Part shown: positions 38,781 through 51,660 of the stretch, piece by piece
Layout: each line of letters opens with the position of its first letter
Position numbering within the stretch: position 1 is the first letter of the stretch
Origin: Octopus sinensis
Taxonomy: Eukaryota
DNA length: 64,000 nucleotides
Reading direction: 5' to 3'
NCBI RefSeq assembly: GCF_006345805.1
Contig: NC_043004.1
Coordinates: 33,914,001-33,978,000 of the forward strand
Program-made: the position numbers and the translations under genes
Notes under the pieces: generated by a model
Told to the model about the DNA's origin: nothing
Databases searched by the model: none
The model's input: only the letters and a program-made list of their open reading frames with translations

Positions 38781-39869
38781 TGTGAATGTGTGTGTTAGAG
38801 TATGTGTTTTTGAACCTCTGACTGTGTTACTTTGAAGTTTTCTTTGGAAAAATTATATTTTGTTTGTATTTAACATTACATTTTTTTTTTATGACAGGTG
38901 AATATATTTTTTCTGTAGTTTTTCTTCCATTTGTTTTTTGTTTTGTTTGTTTTCTTATTTTTGTTCTTGGACAGTGTCTCCTCCCTCTCCAAACCCCTCC
39001 ACCGTCATAAAACATTTGACAGGCATCACATCTTGTTGATATTTATCATTAAATATGGTGTTCAGCAATGCAGTAAGAAACAGAATCACGGAATCGTTTG
39101 GAAGCATCAAGCAATTTTCAATAAATTCCCGCCAAGAATGTCAGCTTGAAGATGTCATTGAATTGCTCAATGATGGCATGGCTTCATATATCAAACTAGA
39201 CAGGTTTTGTCATTCTTTCTTCACATTCTCTTTCACTACACTTCCATTAATATTCACAATCGATTCATAAAGAATCTTAATCAGACAACAACATTGTATA
39301 TTGATCACTGCCACTGACCAATGATGATGGATTGAATTTTAGAGAAAATATTTGATGTTGAATCGTATGTAGAGTCACTGCAATTCTTTCTACAGGCTAC
39401 ATCTGTTTTATATGGTCTTTAACATGAAATAACTGTTTAACATGTTGTAACATGAGAGAAATAAAAATAATTCTGGCTGAGTGGTTAAAGAGCTTAGTCC
39501 AGGTCACTAAATGTGTGAGTAGATTCCATTCGTTTCTGATCTATCAAATAGACCAATGACAAAAGTAATCTTGTCATGGTTACATGGTTAACAGAACTGC
39601 GTGCTTCATTATAAGTAGCATACGTTTATATGAGAGAGATTTGTGTTTATATGAGACTGTTTACATGAGATAATATTGTGTTTGTATTGAGAGAAGATTG
39701 TTTATATGAGATAACACAATATTTATATGAGACAATATAAAGTTTATGTTAGAGAATTGTGTAAATATGACAATAATATGTGTATAAAAGTACGCAGTGT
39801 TTATTTGAGAGTAAAATAATGTTTATAAGAAAGAGGACAACTGAAAAGAATATGGTATTTATTCATCCT

Positions 39870-40335
39870 TCCATCCACTATTGCTAGGAGGAAGATGGGT
39901 TTAGAGTTCCTCATGTACTTCCTCTATTGGGTCCTATCACAAGCAGTCATCATTACACTCTTCAGCTGGATTGCTATATGAACCAACCGAGACTGCATAT
40001 TATCCAACTATTTCATTCTTGGTCTGTTTCTAAATCTCCTGCCAGTTGGCTTAGCTTGAAGAATCGGTCTTGTTATTCTTTCCTGTGACATTCTAATCCC
40101 ATATCCATAGTACTGGTACCATGACCTCTCAATGCAGAGGAGAGACACTTTGATCTCTGATACACCCTAGAGAGACACCTTCATCTTTGAGCTATCAACC
40201 TAGTCAAGTAATGTTCCTGTTGTGATCCCTTGAAGGGACCTCATTTTCGCTGCCTCTATTTGTGGTCATACCCTTTCAGCCATTATCCAACATTCAAGAC
40301 CATAAGAGAAGTCTATGTTTACAAGAGAGGATACT
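39870..40335 (-). pseudogene. RTE LINE 3' relic
   Basis: ENEVPSRDHNRNIT...RGHGTSTMDMG plus an RTE-like UTR (gcaatccagctgaagag). Confidence 0.45.
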
Positions 40336-40366
40336 GCATTTGTGAAGACTATATGAAATGTGAGTG

Positions 40367-40672
40367 GAGGCACATGGCCTAGTAGTTAGAGCAGTGAACT
40401 TGCAATCGAGGGATCATGGGTTCGAATCTCAGACCATGCGATGTATGTGTTTATGAGCAAAACACCTATGCTCCATGCAGCCCTAGTAGAAGGTAATGGT
40501 GAACTTCTGTGGACTATTTCACCAGAACATTCTCTCACTCTTTCCTCCTGCATCTAGCAGCTCACCTGTGACAGACCAGCGTCCTGTCCAGATGAGGAAC
40601 CTATATGCCGATGGAACTGGGAAATTGGCCCTTATGTGCTAGGCATGGCCTGAGAAGGAACAAACAACAACA
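40367..40672 (+). mobile_element. tRNA-derived SINE with V-domain-like core
   Basis: Box A tggcctagtagttagagc, box B ggttcgaatct, acctgtgacagaccagcgtcctgtccag core, (ACA) tail. Confidence 0.75.
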
Positions 40673-41269
40673 TGTGAAATATATAACAATACTTCCACAA
40701 AAGTTTAATAATAAAAACGTGAAATATTTTCTCTCTCAACTAGAGAGAGAGAGACTCATAAAACCATCAAGTACCCGAGAAAAATCTTTTATTCATCATG
40801 CAAAAATGTATAAAAATGGTATCCATGCCATTTACTGGTAATTCAGTGTCATCAAATTTATCTAGTGTAGTCAAACAAGGATAATTTTTAATAACAAGAA
40901 GAAAAGTGATTAATATTAATGACAAATTTTAGGAAGGAAGGCAAGGGAGATAATCTGGTGCCTTGATTGATTCAAAATTAGATGCAGACATGCAGTGGAG
41001 AGTGAATCTGGTCTTGGATAAGTTTAGGAGTGATAACTTTGAACATGTTTCAGCCACATTTGACATCTTCAGTAAAGTGTAGTTTTACAATAACCCACCA
41101 GAAAATGGAATAGTTTCTCGGGTTAAAGTTGTTTAAAAAAACCATTATTCAATAATTTGGTATTATAAAATAATATGATATTAGGAAAGGTTGAATAGAA
41201 AATGGAAAAATTATATACAAACTAACAAATTATTTTTATTAATATTTGAAAATAGAAGTTAATAACCAC

Positions 41270-41295
41270 CATCACAACTATTACTACTGCTGCTG

Positions 41296-41356
<61 letters not shown>

Positions 41357-41382
41357 CACTACCACCACTACTGCTACTGCTG

Positions 41383-41463
<81 letters not shown>

Positions 41464-41466
41464 TTG

Positions 41467-41498
<32 letters not shown>

Positions 41499-41500
41499 AC
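41270..41500. repeat. Compound (CTA)n-(CTG)n trinucleotide repeat
   Basis: Directly visible. Confidence 0.95.
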
Positions 41501-41544
41501 TACAGAAAGGTAGAAATATTAGTGCAAGAATAAAAACTGCATAC

Positions 41545-41597
41545 CCGTCATACACTGGAGTTAATTCATCAGTTATACCATTCCAACTACAATTTGT
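41545..41597 (-). CDS. Exon 2 of Cys-rich gene model: TNCSWNGITDELTPVYD(G)
   Basis: Acceptor ctaattccttcaaag, donor gtatgc, 53 nt, only one open frame (phase 0-2). Confidence 0.6.
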
Positions 41598-41912
41598 CTT
41601 TGAAGGAATTAGCATTTAAGAAGCAAACAAAAATCAATAGGAGTTGAAGAAAGCTTGAATATGAGATTACTTGGAATTTGTATAAATTAGTTCATAATTT
41701 CGTATCTTTGATGAGTTTAGTTGTGTTTTTGTTCTTTTATTCTGAGACAAAAGAACATAATCAAATATTGGTATCTTTTGATCTGACAAGGTAGGAATAG
41801 AATTGACTAAAACAAAAATACTGCTACTTATTTTATAAACCCTGGAAGGATGAAAGATAAACCAATTCCAATGAGATATATAGTCAGAATATTGAGGTAT
41901 GGCATTACGTAC

Positions 41913-41945
41913 ACAAAGGTACTTAGGATGGCAATCTAGTTCAAT
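41913..41945 (-). CDS. Exon 1 (most 5' placed) of Cys-rich gene model: IELDCHPKYLC
   Basis: Acceptor aattttcag, donor gtacgt, 33 nt, phase 0-0. Confidence 0.5.
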
Positions 41946-42058
41946 CTGAAAATTCATTGCTCTCAGAATGACTTAACATTCTGTACAGCAAATTCAAACA
42001 ATATTACACAAAAATGCCAAGAATTTTCCTTATTTACATTGTGGATAAATCTGATTTC

Positions 42059-43325
42059 TATCAGGTCATCCCATAAGTTCTGTCCGATTTTACCTTTTTT
42101 AAAATTGAATGAAATTTAATAGTATTTTAGAATGTCTCATGAAATTAAGTGAAGGTGCATGGCTCAGTGGTTTGAGCGTCAAGCTTACAATTGTGAGGTT
42201 GGGAGTTCGATTCCTGGATGGGCTGTGTGTTGTATTTTTAAGCAAGACACTTTGTTTCATGTTGCTCCAGTTCACTCAGCTGTAGAAATGAGTTGCGACA
42301 TCACTGGTGCAAAGCTGTATCAGCCTTTGCCTTTCCCTTGGATAACATCGGTGGTGTGGAGAGAGGAGGCTGGCATGCATTGGCGACTGCAGGTCTTCCA
42401 TAAAACAACCTTGCCGGAATTGTACTTCGGAGGGTAACTTTCTAGGTGCAATCCCATGGTCATTCATGACTGAAGGGGGTTTCCTCCTCCTCCTCTCCAA
42501 TGGAATTAAAAATTATCTTTCTGCCTTTGTGTACATTTAAACTAATTAAATATTATTTTACAGAATAATAGAATTAAAATTTTTTTTGATTAAAACCCTT
42601 TCTAACATGGAAGTATCCAAAGAACATTTGAGGCACATAATGCTTTATGAGTACAAAAAAGGAAACTCTGTAGCTGAAGTTACTCGAAGCATACACTCAG
42701 TTTATGGGAAAGAATGCTTGAATGAAAGAACTTGCAGAAGATGGTTTGCAAAATTCAGGAGTGGAGATTTTAGCCTTGAAGATGAAGATTGAACAAGACG
42801 TCCAGTTGAGTTTGATGATAAGCTCCTTGAGGCATTATTTGAAGAAAATCCTGCATTATCAGTTGAAGAATTGGCAATAAAGCTTAGTTCAAACCATGTT
42901 TATCATCATCTTCAACAACTTCGAAAGTTTCCTAAACTTGGAAAATGGGTACCTCATGAATTGTCTGAAAGCAACTGCAAATTCCAAGTTGAGATCTGCT
43001 CTTCTCTCTATTCTCGCAAACTCATTTCACCCTTTTTGGATAGACTTGTGACTAGTGACAAGAAATGGATCTTCTCTTGAAATGTTAAATGTCATAAATA
43101 GTGGCTTGGTAAAAGAGAAAAAGCTCAACCACAACCGAGAAGGGAACTTCATGGGAAAAAGGTTCTTCTCTCTATCTGATGGGATTGCAAAGGAGTAATT
43201 CACTTTGAATTGTTACCACCTAATGCAACAATCACTGCTCAAATCTACTGTTAGCAATAAGAGCGTTTTAACCAAGCTTTGAAGAACAAAAGACCTGCTT
43301 TAGTCAATCGAAAAGGAGTGATGTT
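42059..43325 (+). pseudogene. Mariner transposon: 5' TIR plus disrupted, 3'-truncated transposase (ATG at 42607)
   Basis: TA followed by tcaggtcatcccataagttctgtccg TIR; MEVSKEHLRHIMLYEYKKG...RRWFAKFRSGDFSLEDE, WVPHEL motif, RLVTSDKKWI; internal stops. Confidence 0.9.
42150..42500 (+). mobile_element. tRNA-derived CORE-like SINE inserted in the mariner 5' UTR
   Basis: Box A tggctcagtgg, box B gttcgattcc, agcaagacactttgtttcatgttgctccagttcactcagctg core. Confidence 0.75.
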
Positions 43326-43450
43326 TCCTTCCTCCCAAGAACAACATCCGTCTGGAATTTCCTTACTGCTGGTCTCAACCTGCAGCAGCATAAACAGGGT
43401 ATTAACAACCTCAGTCTCATTACCCTCATTTTCGCTTTTTAGCTGTTATT

Positions 43451-43895
43451 AAGGGTACATCCTGTGAAGGTACATCCTGTCATGGGTACATCCTCTCAAG
43501 GTTACATCCTCTCATGGTTACATCCTGTCAAGGTACATCCTGTCAAGGGTACATCCTGTCATGGGTACATCCTGTCAAGGGTCCATTCTGTCATGAGTCC
43601 ATCCTGTCAAGGGTACATCCTGTCAAGGGTACATCCTGTCAAGGGTACATCCTGACAAAGGTACATCCTGTCAAGGGTACATCTTGTCATGGGTACATCC
43701 TGTCATGGGTACATCCTGTCAAGGGTACATCCTGTCAAGGGTACATCTTGTCATGGGTACATCCTGTCATGGGTACATCCTGTCATGGGTACACCCTGAC
43801 AAAGGTACATCCTGTCAAGGGTACATCCTGTCATGGGTACATCGTGTCATGGGTACATCCTGTCATGGGTACATCCTGTCAATTGTACATCCTAT
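43451..43895. repeat. 16-bp minisatellite (GGGTACATCCTGTCA[T/A]), about 27 units
   Basis: Contiguous tandem units with no spacers. Confidence 0.95.
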
Positions 43896-44391
43896 TGTGG
43901 AGGATTTACTTTTGATATGCAAGTGTTGTATTTAGAGAATGTGATAGAGTAATCCAGAGTATTCCTTCTTAAGATTAATGACATACCAATCATTTCTGGC
44001 ATATATGGGACTATTCTGTCTAAGGCCATATATTTGTATTTCATTGCAGTTCTGTTATTGTAATCTTTATTGCTTTCTGTGTGTATCTCATATAATATAT
44101 TATATGCTATATTATATATGATATATATACATATCATTATTGCATGTGTATTAGCTAGTTATGATTTTACATAGGAAATATTATTGCAGCTGGGTCTACA
44201 AAGAAAGTTTCATTGTAAAATATGGTGGTGATAAATTGCATCGGATCAGATTGTGTAAGAGGTTTCATAAGCCATTATGTTTCATCAAATATCTGACAGC
44301 CATTGCTGGCACAAGACATATGAACCAATAAAGGAGCTTCTGTGCAGCTGCTAGTAACAACAGTCAAATTTGCCTCAAATCACAGCATGCT

Positions 44392-44628
44392 CTTTTACTC
44401 TTTTACTTGTTTCAATCATTTGACTCTGGCCATGCTGGAGCACCGCCTTTAGTCGAGCAAATCGACCCCAGGACTTATTCTTTGTAAGCCTAGGACTTAT
44501 TCTATTGTTCTCTTTTGCCAAACCGCTAAGTTACGGGGACGTAAACATACCAGCATTGGTTATCAAGCAGTGTTGGGGGGACAAACACAGACACACAAAC
44601 ACACAAACATACCCCCCACACACATATA

Positions 44629-44677
<49 letters not shown>

Positions 44678-44800
44678 GCATACAAGGCTTTGGTGGGCCC
44701 GAGGCTATAGTAGAAGACACTTGCCCAAGGTGCCACGCAATGGGACTGAACCCGGAACCATGTGGTTGGTAAGCAAGTTACTTACCACACAGCCACTCCT
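44392..44800 (-). mobile_element. SINE family A with internal deletion
   Basis: Matches the family A consensus. Confidence 0.85.
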
Positions 44801-45297
44801 ATACCTATGCTATTAAAAAAAGGATACATAATATCTGTAAAAAGGACATGATGGGCATGGATGGAACACCTTTATTAGATTTGTGTGTTGAAGAGTAGTT
44901 TGTGGCTAAATAAGATACATGCAAAAGCCTCTCTGCATTGACTTGACATGCACGAAATAACAGCTTTCTCAGATCACACCCAAGTATTTTTTAAAAAGGA
45001 AGGATAAAGGATACGTAAGACAACGTCATTCTGAATTTGTTGTATATGAAGAAACAAAAAAAAGCAGCAGAGTGGCTATGACTGGAATGTCTGGTCAAGA
45101 GCTAACCCAGATCTAAACATTAACAATGATAATATCTAACTAAAGTGGGAGGAATCTGCAACCTAAATATATTTGGAATGAAAGCATGAAGTATCCTCTT
45201 AGAGGTCAGTAGATCACCATCAAACGATTCTGACCAGATCTATTAAAGATTTATTTATTTATCATAATTAATAAGTTGTGTGTGTGTGTGTGTGTGT

Positions 45298-45375
<78 letters not shown>

Positions 45376-45381
<6 letters not shown>

Positions 45382-45643
45382 AATATGTTACTTTACTCGG
45401 TAGTCAAGATAAAACTCTGAGTTTTAGATGCCGAAGTGGAAATCCACAACACCATCTCTTCGGTTATCTGGCTATTTCCAGATAACCGAAGAGATGGTGT
45501 TGTGGATTTCCACTTCGGCATCTGAAACTCAGAGTTTTATCTTGACTACCGAGTAAAGTAACATATTATTGTATAGATAAATTTCCTCTATTTACATAAT
45601 ATTGAGGTCTCTTTCTTTCTTTTGTTATCTTACCGTTTTATCA

Positions 45644-45674
<31 letters not shown>

Positions 45675-45950
45675 ATATATATATACAATAATATGTTACT
45701 TTACTCGGTAGTCAAGATAAAACTCTGAGTTTTAGATGCCGAAGTGGAAATCCACAACACCATCTCTTCGGTTATCTGGCTATTTCCAGATAACCGAAGA
45801 GATGGTGTTGTGGATTTCCACTTCGGCATCTGAAACTCAGAGTTTTATCTTGACTACCGAGTAAAGTAACATATTATTGTATAGATAAATTTCCTCTATT
45901 TACATAATATTGAGGTCTCTTTCTTTCTTTTGTTATCTTACCGTTTTATC
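45376..45950. mobile_element. Two tandem 308-bp units, each a 96-bp-arm palindrome plus a unique tail, in (TA)n
   Basis: Arms 45376-45471/45478-45573, loop ctattt, one mismatch; repeated at +308. Confidence 0.95.
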
Positions 45951-46042
45951 AATATATATATATATATATATTATATATTATATATTTATATATGTATATG
46001 TGAGTCTGTGTGTATGTATGTGTGTATGTATATATATATATA

Positions 46043-47492
46043 TCATATCTATAAAAGGGAGGATGTGTGTGTACGTGATTGTAATTTATGCACGTCCACA
46101 AATTAGCACGCATGTCGCTCAAATTTTAGGAGGACATTTGTCAACTTATTTTTTCTCCGAGGCACCCGCGGATAGAGTTAAAAATCTATTTTTAATCATT
46201 TTCAACCATAGCTTTTAACCATAACAAATATCAGCCATTCCTTTTTGATGACGTCTGACATAAAAAAAAGATAAAGAAAAGTGGAAGAAGGAGGCAGAGA
46301 GTTTCACGGGAAAGACAAAGTGAGAGAGGGAGAGGGAATTTCTTTATTCACCATAAGGTTGAGAAAAAGAGGGGACAATACGGGGACAGACAAAACAAAC
46401 ATTGGGGTCAGGGTGTCAAATGAGACGAAACGTATGAATAAACAGACAATTAAAATATATACAATTAAATGAGAATGAGTGATTAACAAGAAATGAAGCG
46501 GAGGATGCGGTCGACCCCACAAACCACATACTCACACTGAAGACTTTGATTTCTCCTTTTTTACATTCTCGATTAAACAGGTTCTTTCACTCGCAACATC
46601 TTTTACGAAACACACTTTGCGACAGGCATTTCTTCTTCAGCCTTATTTTCCATTTCATGTGGAAAACGAAAAAGTCGATTAGCTCGAGACTGGAGATAAA
46701 CATGCCTGTTGCAATTCCTTTCACTCTCGTCTTCCATACTACTTCTTTCGCCCCAGCAACTACTGAGAGAAAACAGGCTCGCTCCTCCCAGTTCAGGGAG
46801 GTCGGCGGAACGATCTTAATTACAGATTCGCTCGACAGTTGTACTCTTCTCAAATGCGACAACAGGTGTTCGACATAAGCCCAGAGTTCAGTCACCTTGG
46901 GGCATTGCACAATCGCGTGCAGGACAGTTTCACTGTCCCTCTCACATCTTGCACAAACTGGGGATGGTGCACACCCATGTCTAAAGAGCTTATCTCGACC
47001 CGTAAAGCTCCTCTGTAACATTGCCAGGCCAGGGACTTTTGGTAATTATCCATAGGCCCCGGACCTAATGTTCTTTGGAACAAGCTGGCCAGTTGATTTT
47101 CGTCGAAGCCCAGAGTTTCTCCTAGGACGTCGTCACACTTAAACTCTACTAACCCTCTATAGAAGAACGAGGTAGTAGCCCCGCCACCGGCGTTGCCCGA
47201 CTGGGAGAGAAGCACGAGTGCCTGATAGCACATTATGACGTTCATAAAAAATAAAATGTAAAATGTTTTGTTTTTTGATTTGGAAAGACACTATATTTTA
47301 TAATCACAGTATAATATACTTTAGTGAAAATCGTGCGAGTGCTAATCTACAAATTTAACATTTTTTCCATTCATTTCTGTTTATGAACATGTATGCGTGC
47401 ACAAAACATGCAATAGGTGTATGTACGTACGTGTGTATATGTGTGTTCGTGTCTGTTGCCCATATGTATTTATATTATATTATATATATATA

Positions 47493-47542
<50 letters not shown>

Positions 47543-47671
47543 AATATAACTAATTTCAACGGATTTCGCCCAAATTTGACATCTATATTACTTAGTTTGG
47601 TTTGAAATAAAGAACTTGATTAGCTTAATAATCGTAACTTAATCCCGGGCAGGGCCGGGTTATACTGCTAG
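46043..47671 (+). mobile_element. Non-autonomous Helitron containing a LINE fragment
   Basis: 5' A|TC...tctataaaag start; 3' cccgg-gcaggg-ccggg hairpin (47644-47659) then CTAG|T (47668-47672). Confidence 0.7.
46230..47255 (-). pseudogene. Tx1/L1-clade LINE 3' fragment (zf-RVT domain)
   Basis: YQKSLAWQCYR...RDKLFRHGCAPSPVCARCERDSETVLHAIVQCPKVTELWAYVEHLL (C-x2-C...H...C knuckle). Confidence 0.85.
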
Positions 47672-48396
47672 TATTATATGTTTATGTATGTATATGTGAG
47701 TTTGTGTGTGTATGTATATATATATAGTATTTGTATGTGTCTATATTAGTTTCAAATTTTGGTGCAAGATCAACAATTTTGGGGGAGGATGTGTGTCAAT
47801 TAACTGGTCCTTATTTTATTGACCCTGAAAGAATGAAAGGCAAAGTCACCCTCAGTGGAATTTGAACTCAGAACATAGAGATGGATAAAATGATATTATG
47901 CATTTTGCCCAATATGCTAACAACTCCGCCAGCTCACTGCCTTGTGTGTGTGTGTGTGCATGTGTGTGTGTGTGTTGTGTGTGTGTTTGCATGTGTGTGT
48001 GTCTATATTGTTTGCCTTTATATATTGGGAAATGATAAAAACGTTGGTAAGAAAACTATAAAAAGCCGATGTTTGTTCTATACCGAGTTAAAGACATTCC
48101 TTTACCACTCTTGCTGATAAAAATGCTGCAAATCTTGTAAAAACCTGCAAGCAATGATGGCACTGTCAACCAGTTTATACATACATAGATACATATGAGT
48201 AAGCACATCAATGCAAAACAAGGTGGCAAAAATAGTACTCGAATACCGAAGGCAGAGTAATATGCTTTTTTATAAAAGCTGCAAAGACATAACACAAAAC
48301 TTAGAGTTTCACATTTCCATTCGTTGGACTAATGCACGGGAATGTGAAACTCCAAGTCACAGTTTTTGTGATGTTTTTGCAGCCTAAATGTTTATG

Positions 48397-48446
<50 letters not shown>

Positions 48447-48469
48447 ATGGAAATTGGCACTGAGATACC

Positions 48470-48845
48470 AGTGCTGGTGGCACGTAAGAGAACCATCCAA
48501 ACGTGGCTGTTGCCATCACCGCCCCGACAGGCCTCGTGCTGGTGACACGTAAAAAGCACCGTCCGTTCGTGGCCATTGCCAGCCTTGCCTGGCCCCCGTG
48601 CCAGTGGCACATAAAAAGCACCATCCGTTCGTGGCCGTTGCCAGTATTGCCTGGCCCCGTGCCGGTGGCACGTAAAAAGCACCCACTACACTCATGGAGT
48701 GGTTGGCGTTAGGAAGGGCATCCAGCCGTAGAAACATTGCCAGATCAGACTGGGCCTGGTGCAGCCTTCTGGCTTCCCAGACCTCAGTTGAACCGTCCAA
48801 CCCATGCTAGCAAGGAAAGCGGACATTAAACGATGATGATGATGA
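48470..48845 (+). mobile_element. Family C repeat with (GAT)n tail
   Basis: As at 1535-1870. Confidence 0.85.
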
Positions 48846-49179
48846 TATATATATATACACACACATATGTATGTATGTATGTATGTATGTATGAATGAAT
48901 GTATGTATGTACGTATATATGTATGTGGGTATGTATGTATGTATGTATGTATGTGTGTGTTTGTATGTATGTATGTATGTATGTATGCATGTATGTATGT
49001 ATGTATGTATGTAAGTATGTATGAATGTATGTATGTACGTATATATATGTATGTGGGTATGTATGTGTGTAAATATATACACAGTGAATAAACTGTGATC
49101 TAAATTATGCAAAAATAAAAATAACATTGACATCTTATTTTAACAGATATTTACCAAATTTACATAAAAATATCTTGAA

Positions 49180-49970
49180 ATACTAAAGAGTAAATTCATT
49201 CTATAAAATCGCCATTGGCTTCAACCATGACCTCCAGACAACTTTGGAATCTCCTGCAACTCTTCTAGATGGTCTCCTTGTTTAAGTTGGTCAATGCTGC
49301 CATAATCCTTGCCTTCAGTTCATCTTTGGTGTTGCAAGGAGTTTTGTTGGTTTCTCACTCAACTGCACCTCACACATAATAATCAAGGTGGTTGCAGTTT
49401 GGGGAGTTAGGTGGCCAGATGTTAAGGGTGATGTGGTTGCAGAAATTGTCTAGTAGCCACGACTGGGTTCTCGTGCTTGTGTGGCATGGTGCAAAGTCCT
49501 ATTGTCAGGCATAGGGTTTTCCAGCAGCCACCCTCTTGACCCAGAGCAGCACTAACTTCTCCAGGCACTTGATGTAGGCCTCCATGTTGAGTGCGAGGCC
49601 AAGTGAGAAGATGAATGGAGGCATAACGTTACCATCACTAGTGGTCACTCCAAAGACCATGATGTCGACTGGATATTTGATTTTTATCACTCTCGGAACA
49701 TGTCCTCAGATTGCACTGTTCTCAGATTGACACCCAAACACTCTGAAATGTTCATAATTGAAGATTCTGTCATGATCGCCAAGCAGTACAGCATATTGTT
49801 TCTAAATTTCTGGGAGAGTGAATTGTGTCATGGTGCTGTTTTTATCAGACAGTGCCCAACTGACCCTACTATATTGTGTAGTCAATAGTCAATAAAATCA
49901 AAAACAAACAATGTGTATGTGTGCAATTAAAAATATAAAATAGCAACAATTTACATACCACACCCTGTAT
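49180..49970 (-). pseudogene. DD37D/maT-like transposon relic with TACAGGGTG TIR in (TA)n
   Basis: IKYPVDIMVFGVTTSDGNVMPPFIFSLGLALNMEAYIKCLEKLVLLWVKRVAAGKPY; caccctgta at ~49960. Confidence 0.8.
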
Positions 49971-50013
49971 ATATATATATATATATAATATATATATATA
50001 TATGTATATATAT

Positions 50014-50089
<76 letters not shown>

Positions 50090-50789
50090 CACACATATAT
50101 ATACATATATATATATATATAATATATATACTTATGTGTGTATACAAAATATAATTAAGTATGAACTAGTAGCTCTACATAAGATGCCCTCAGCCATTTT
50201 TCTTTGATGAGTTTTTGCTTGATTTAAGAGGAGTCATAATGACAACGGCGGATAAAGTAGCAACATGAAGTGTAATAAGCTTGGTTCTGGTCTACCATTT
50301 GTGTTGTGTGGTAGCCTTCATAAGACATTAAATAACTCTTAAATAACTTTCCGATAATAGATCTCGACAACTTAGAAGTGGATCTCTAATCCTATGAGAA
50401 AATGAAGAATAAGTTGATAGTATATTGGCATTGAGATCGTTTTCAGTCTCATAAATATGCAACAGTAGAGAGTCTTAAAGCGTTGATACCAGCTGAAGTA
50501 ATCGAAACTGGGAAGAGCTAATGTCAACAATTTGCATTTGTAAAATTTATAAATAATGACGAATATTAAGTGTTTTCTTTCCTGTTCGTGCAAACGTTGC
50601 TCTGCTGGAAGAATATCTGCCCAATTAAACCAAAATATCTTGATCTTCTCACAGAATATATATATATATATATATAGATCTTCATGCAGTTCTGTTTTTC
50701 TCATAATAAAACAGAAATTTAGAAGTCTGTTCAAATTGAATTTTAAATTTCGTTTCTGTATAAAGCATTAGTAACATTTGCTTTAGCTC

Positions 50790-51660
50790 ATCATCATCAT
50801 CATCCTCATCATCTTCATCATCATCATCATCACCACCACCACCACCACCACCACCACCACCACTACCACCACCACCACAACCACCACCACCACCATCATC
50901 ATCATCATCGTCGTCATCGTCGTCATCATCGTCGTCATCATCATCAACATCATCATCATCATACTTATGGTCATTGTCATCAGCATTGGTGTTATTGCCA
51001 TCACACCACAACTATCACAGCCATCGCTACCACCATTACCACCATCATTATAGCCATCATCATCATTATCATCACCATCATCAGCAGCAGCAGCAACATT
51101 TTCGTCATCGTTATTTCTTGACTCATTCATCCATAATTTGGTTTGCATGGAGTATTATAGAAAATATATTCTTCATGACAAAAACATTTTTGCATGTTGT
51201 TGTTGCTGTTCATCTTTATTATCATCTTTCTCTTCCCCTTTCTCCTCCTTCTCTCTTCTTCTTCTTTCCCTCCTCCTCCTCCTCCTCCTCTCTTCTTCTT
51301 CATTTCCTTCTTTTTCTTCTTCATTTCTTTCTTCTTCTTCTTCTTCTTCATCATCATCATCATTTCCTTCTTCTTCATTTCCTCCTCCTCCTTCTCCTCC
51401 TTCTCCTCCTTCTTCATTTCCTTCTTCTTCACATTCCCCTCCTTCTCCTCCTTCTACTTCTTCCTCTTCTTCTTCTTTTTCATTTCATTCTTCTTCTTCT
51501 TCTCTTCTTCTTCATTTCATTCTTCTTCTTCTTCATTTCATTCTTCTTATTCATTTCATTCTTCTTCTTCTTCTTCTTCTTCTTCTTCTTCTTCTTCATT
51601 TCCTTCTCCTTCTTCATTATCTTCTTCTTCATTTCCTCTTTCTTCATCTCCTTCTTCCTC
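50790..51660. repeat. Compound trinucleotide field (CAT/CAC)n followed by (CTT/CTC)n
   Basis: Directly visible; explains the poly-D/G/S/F ORFs. Confidence 0.95.

Noticed and set aside
39055-39270. Plus-strand ORF MVFSNAVRNRITESFG...
   Set aside because: Splice signals are weak, there is no recognisable motif, and no phase-compatible neighbours were found.
42155-42220. tRNA gene (also considered at 5100-5170, 32730-32800, 40370-40430)
   Set aside because: A/B boxes are present but there is no complete acceptor stem, and each continues into a SINE body.
43451-43895. Possible CRISPR array
   Set aside because: Units are contiguous with no unique spacers, there are no cas genes, and the context is eukaryotic.
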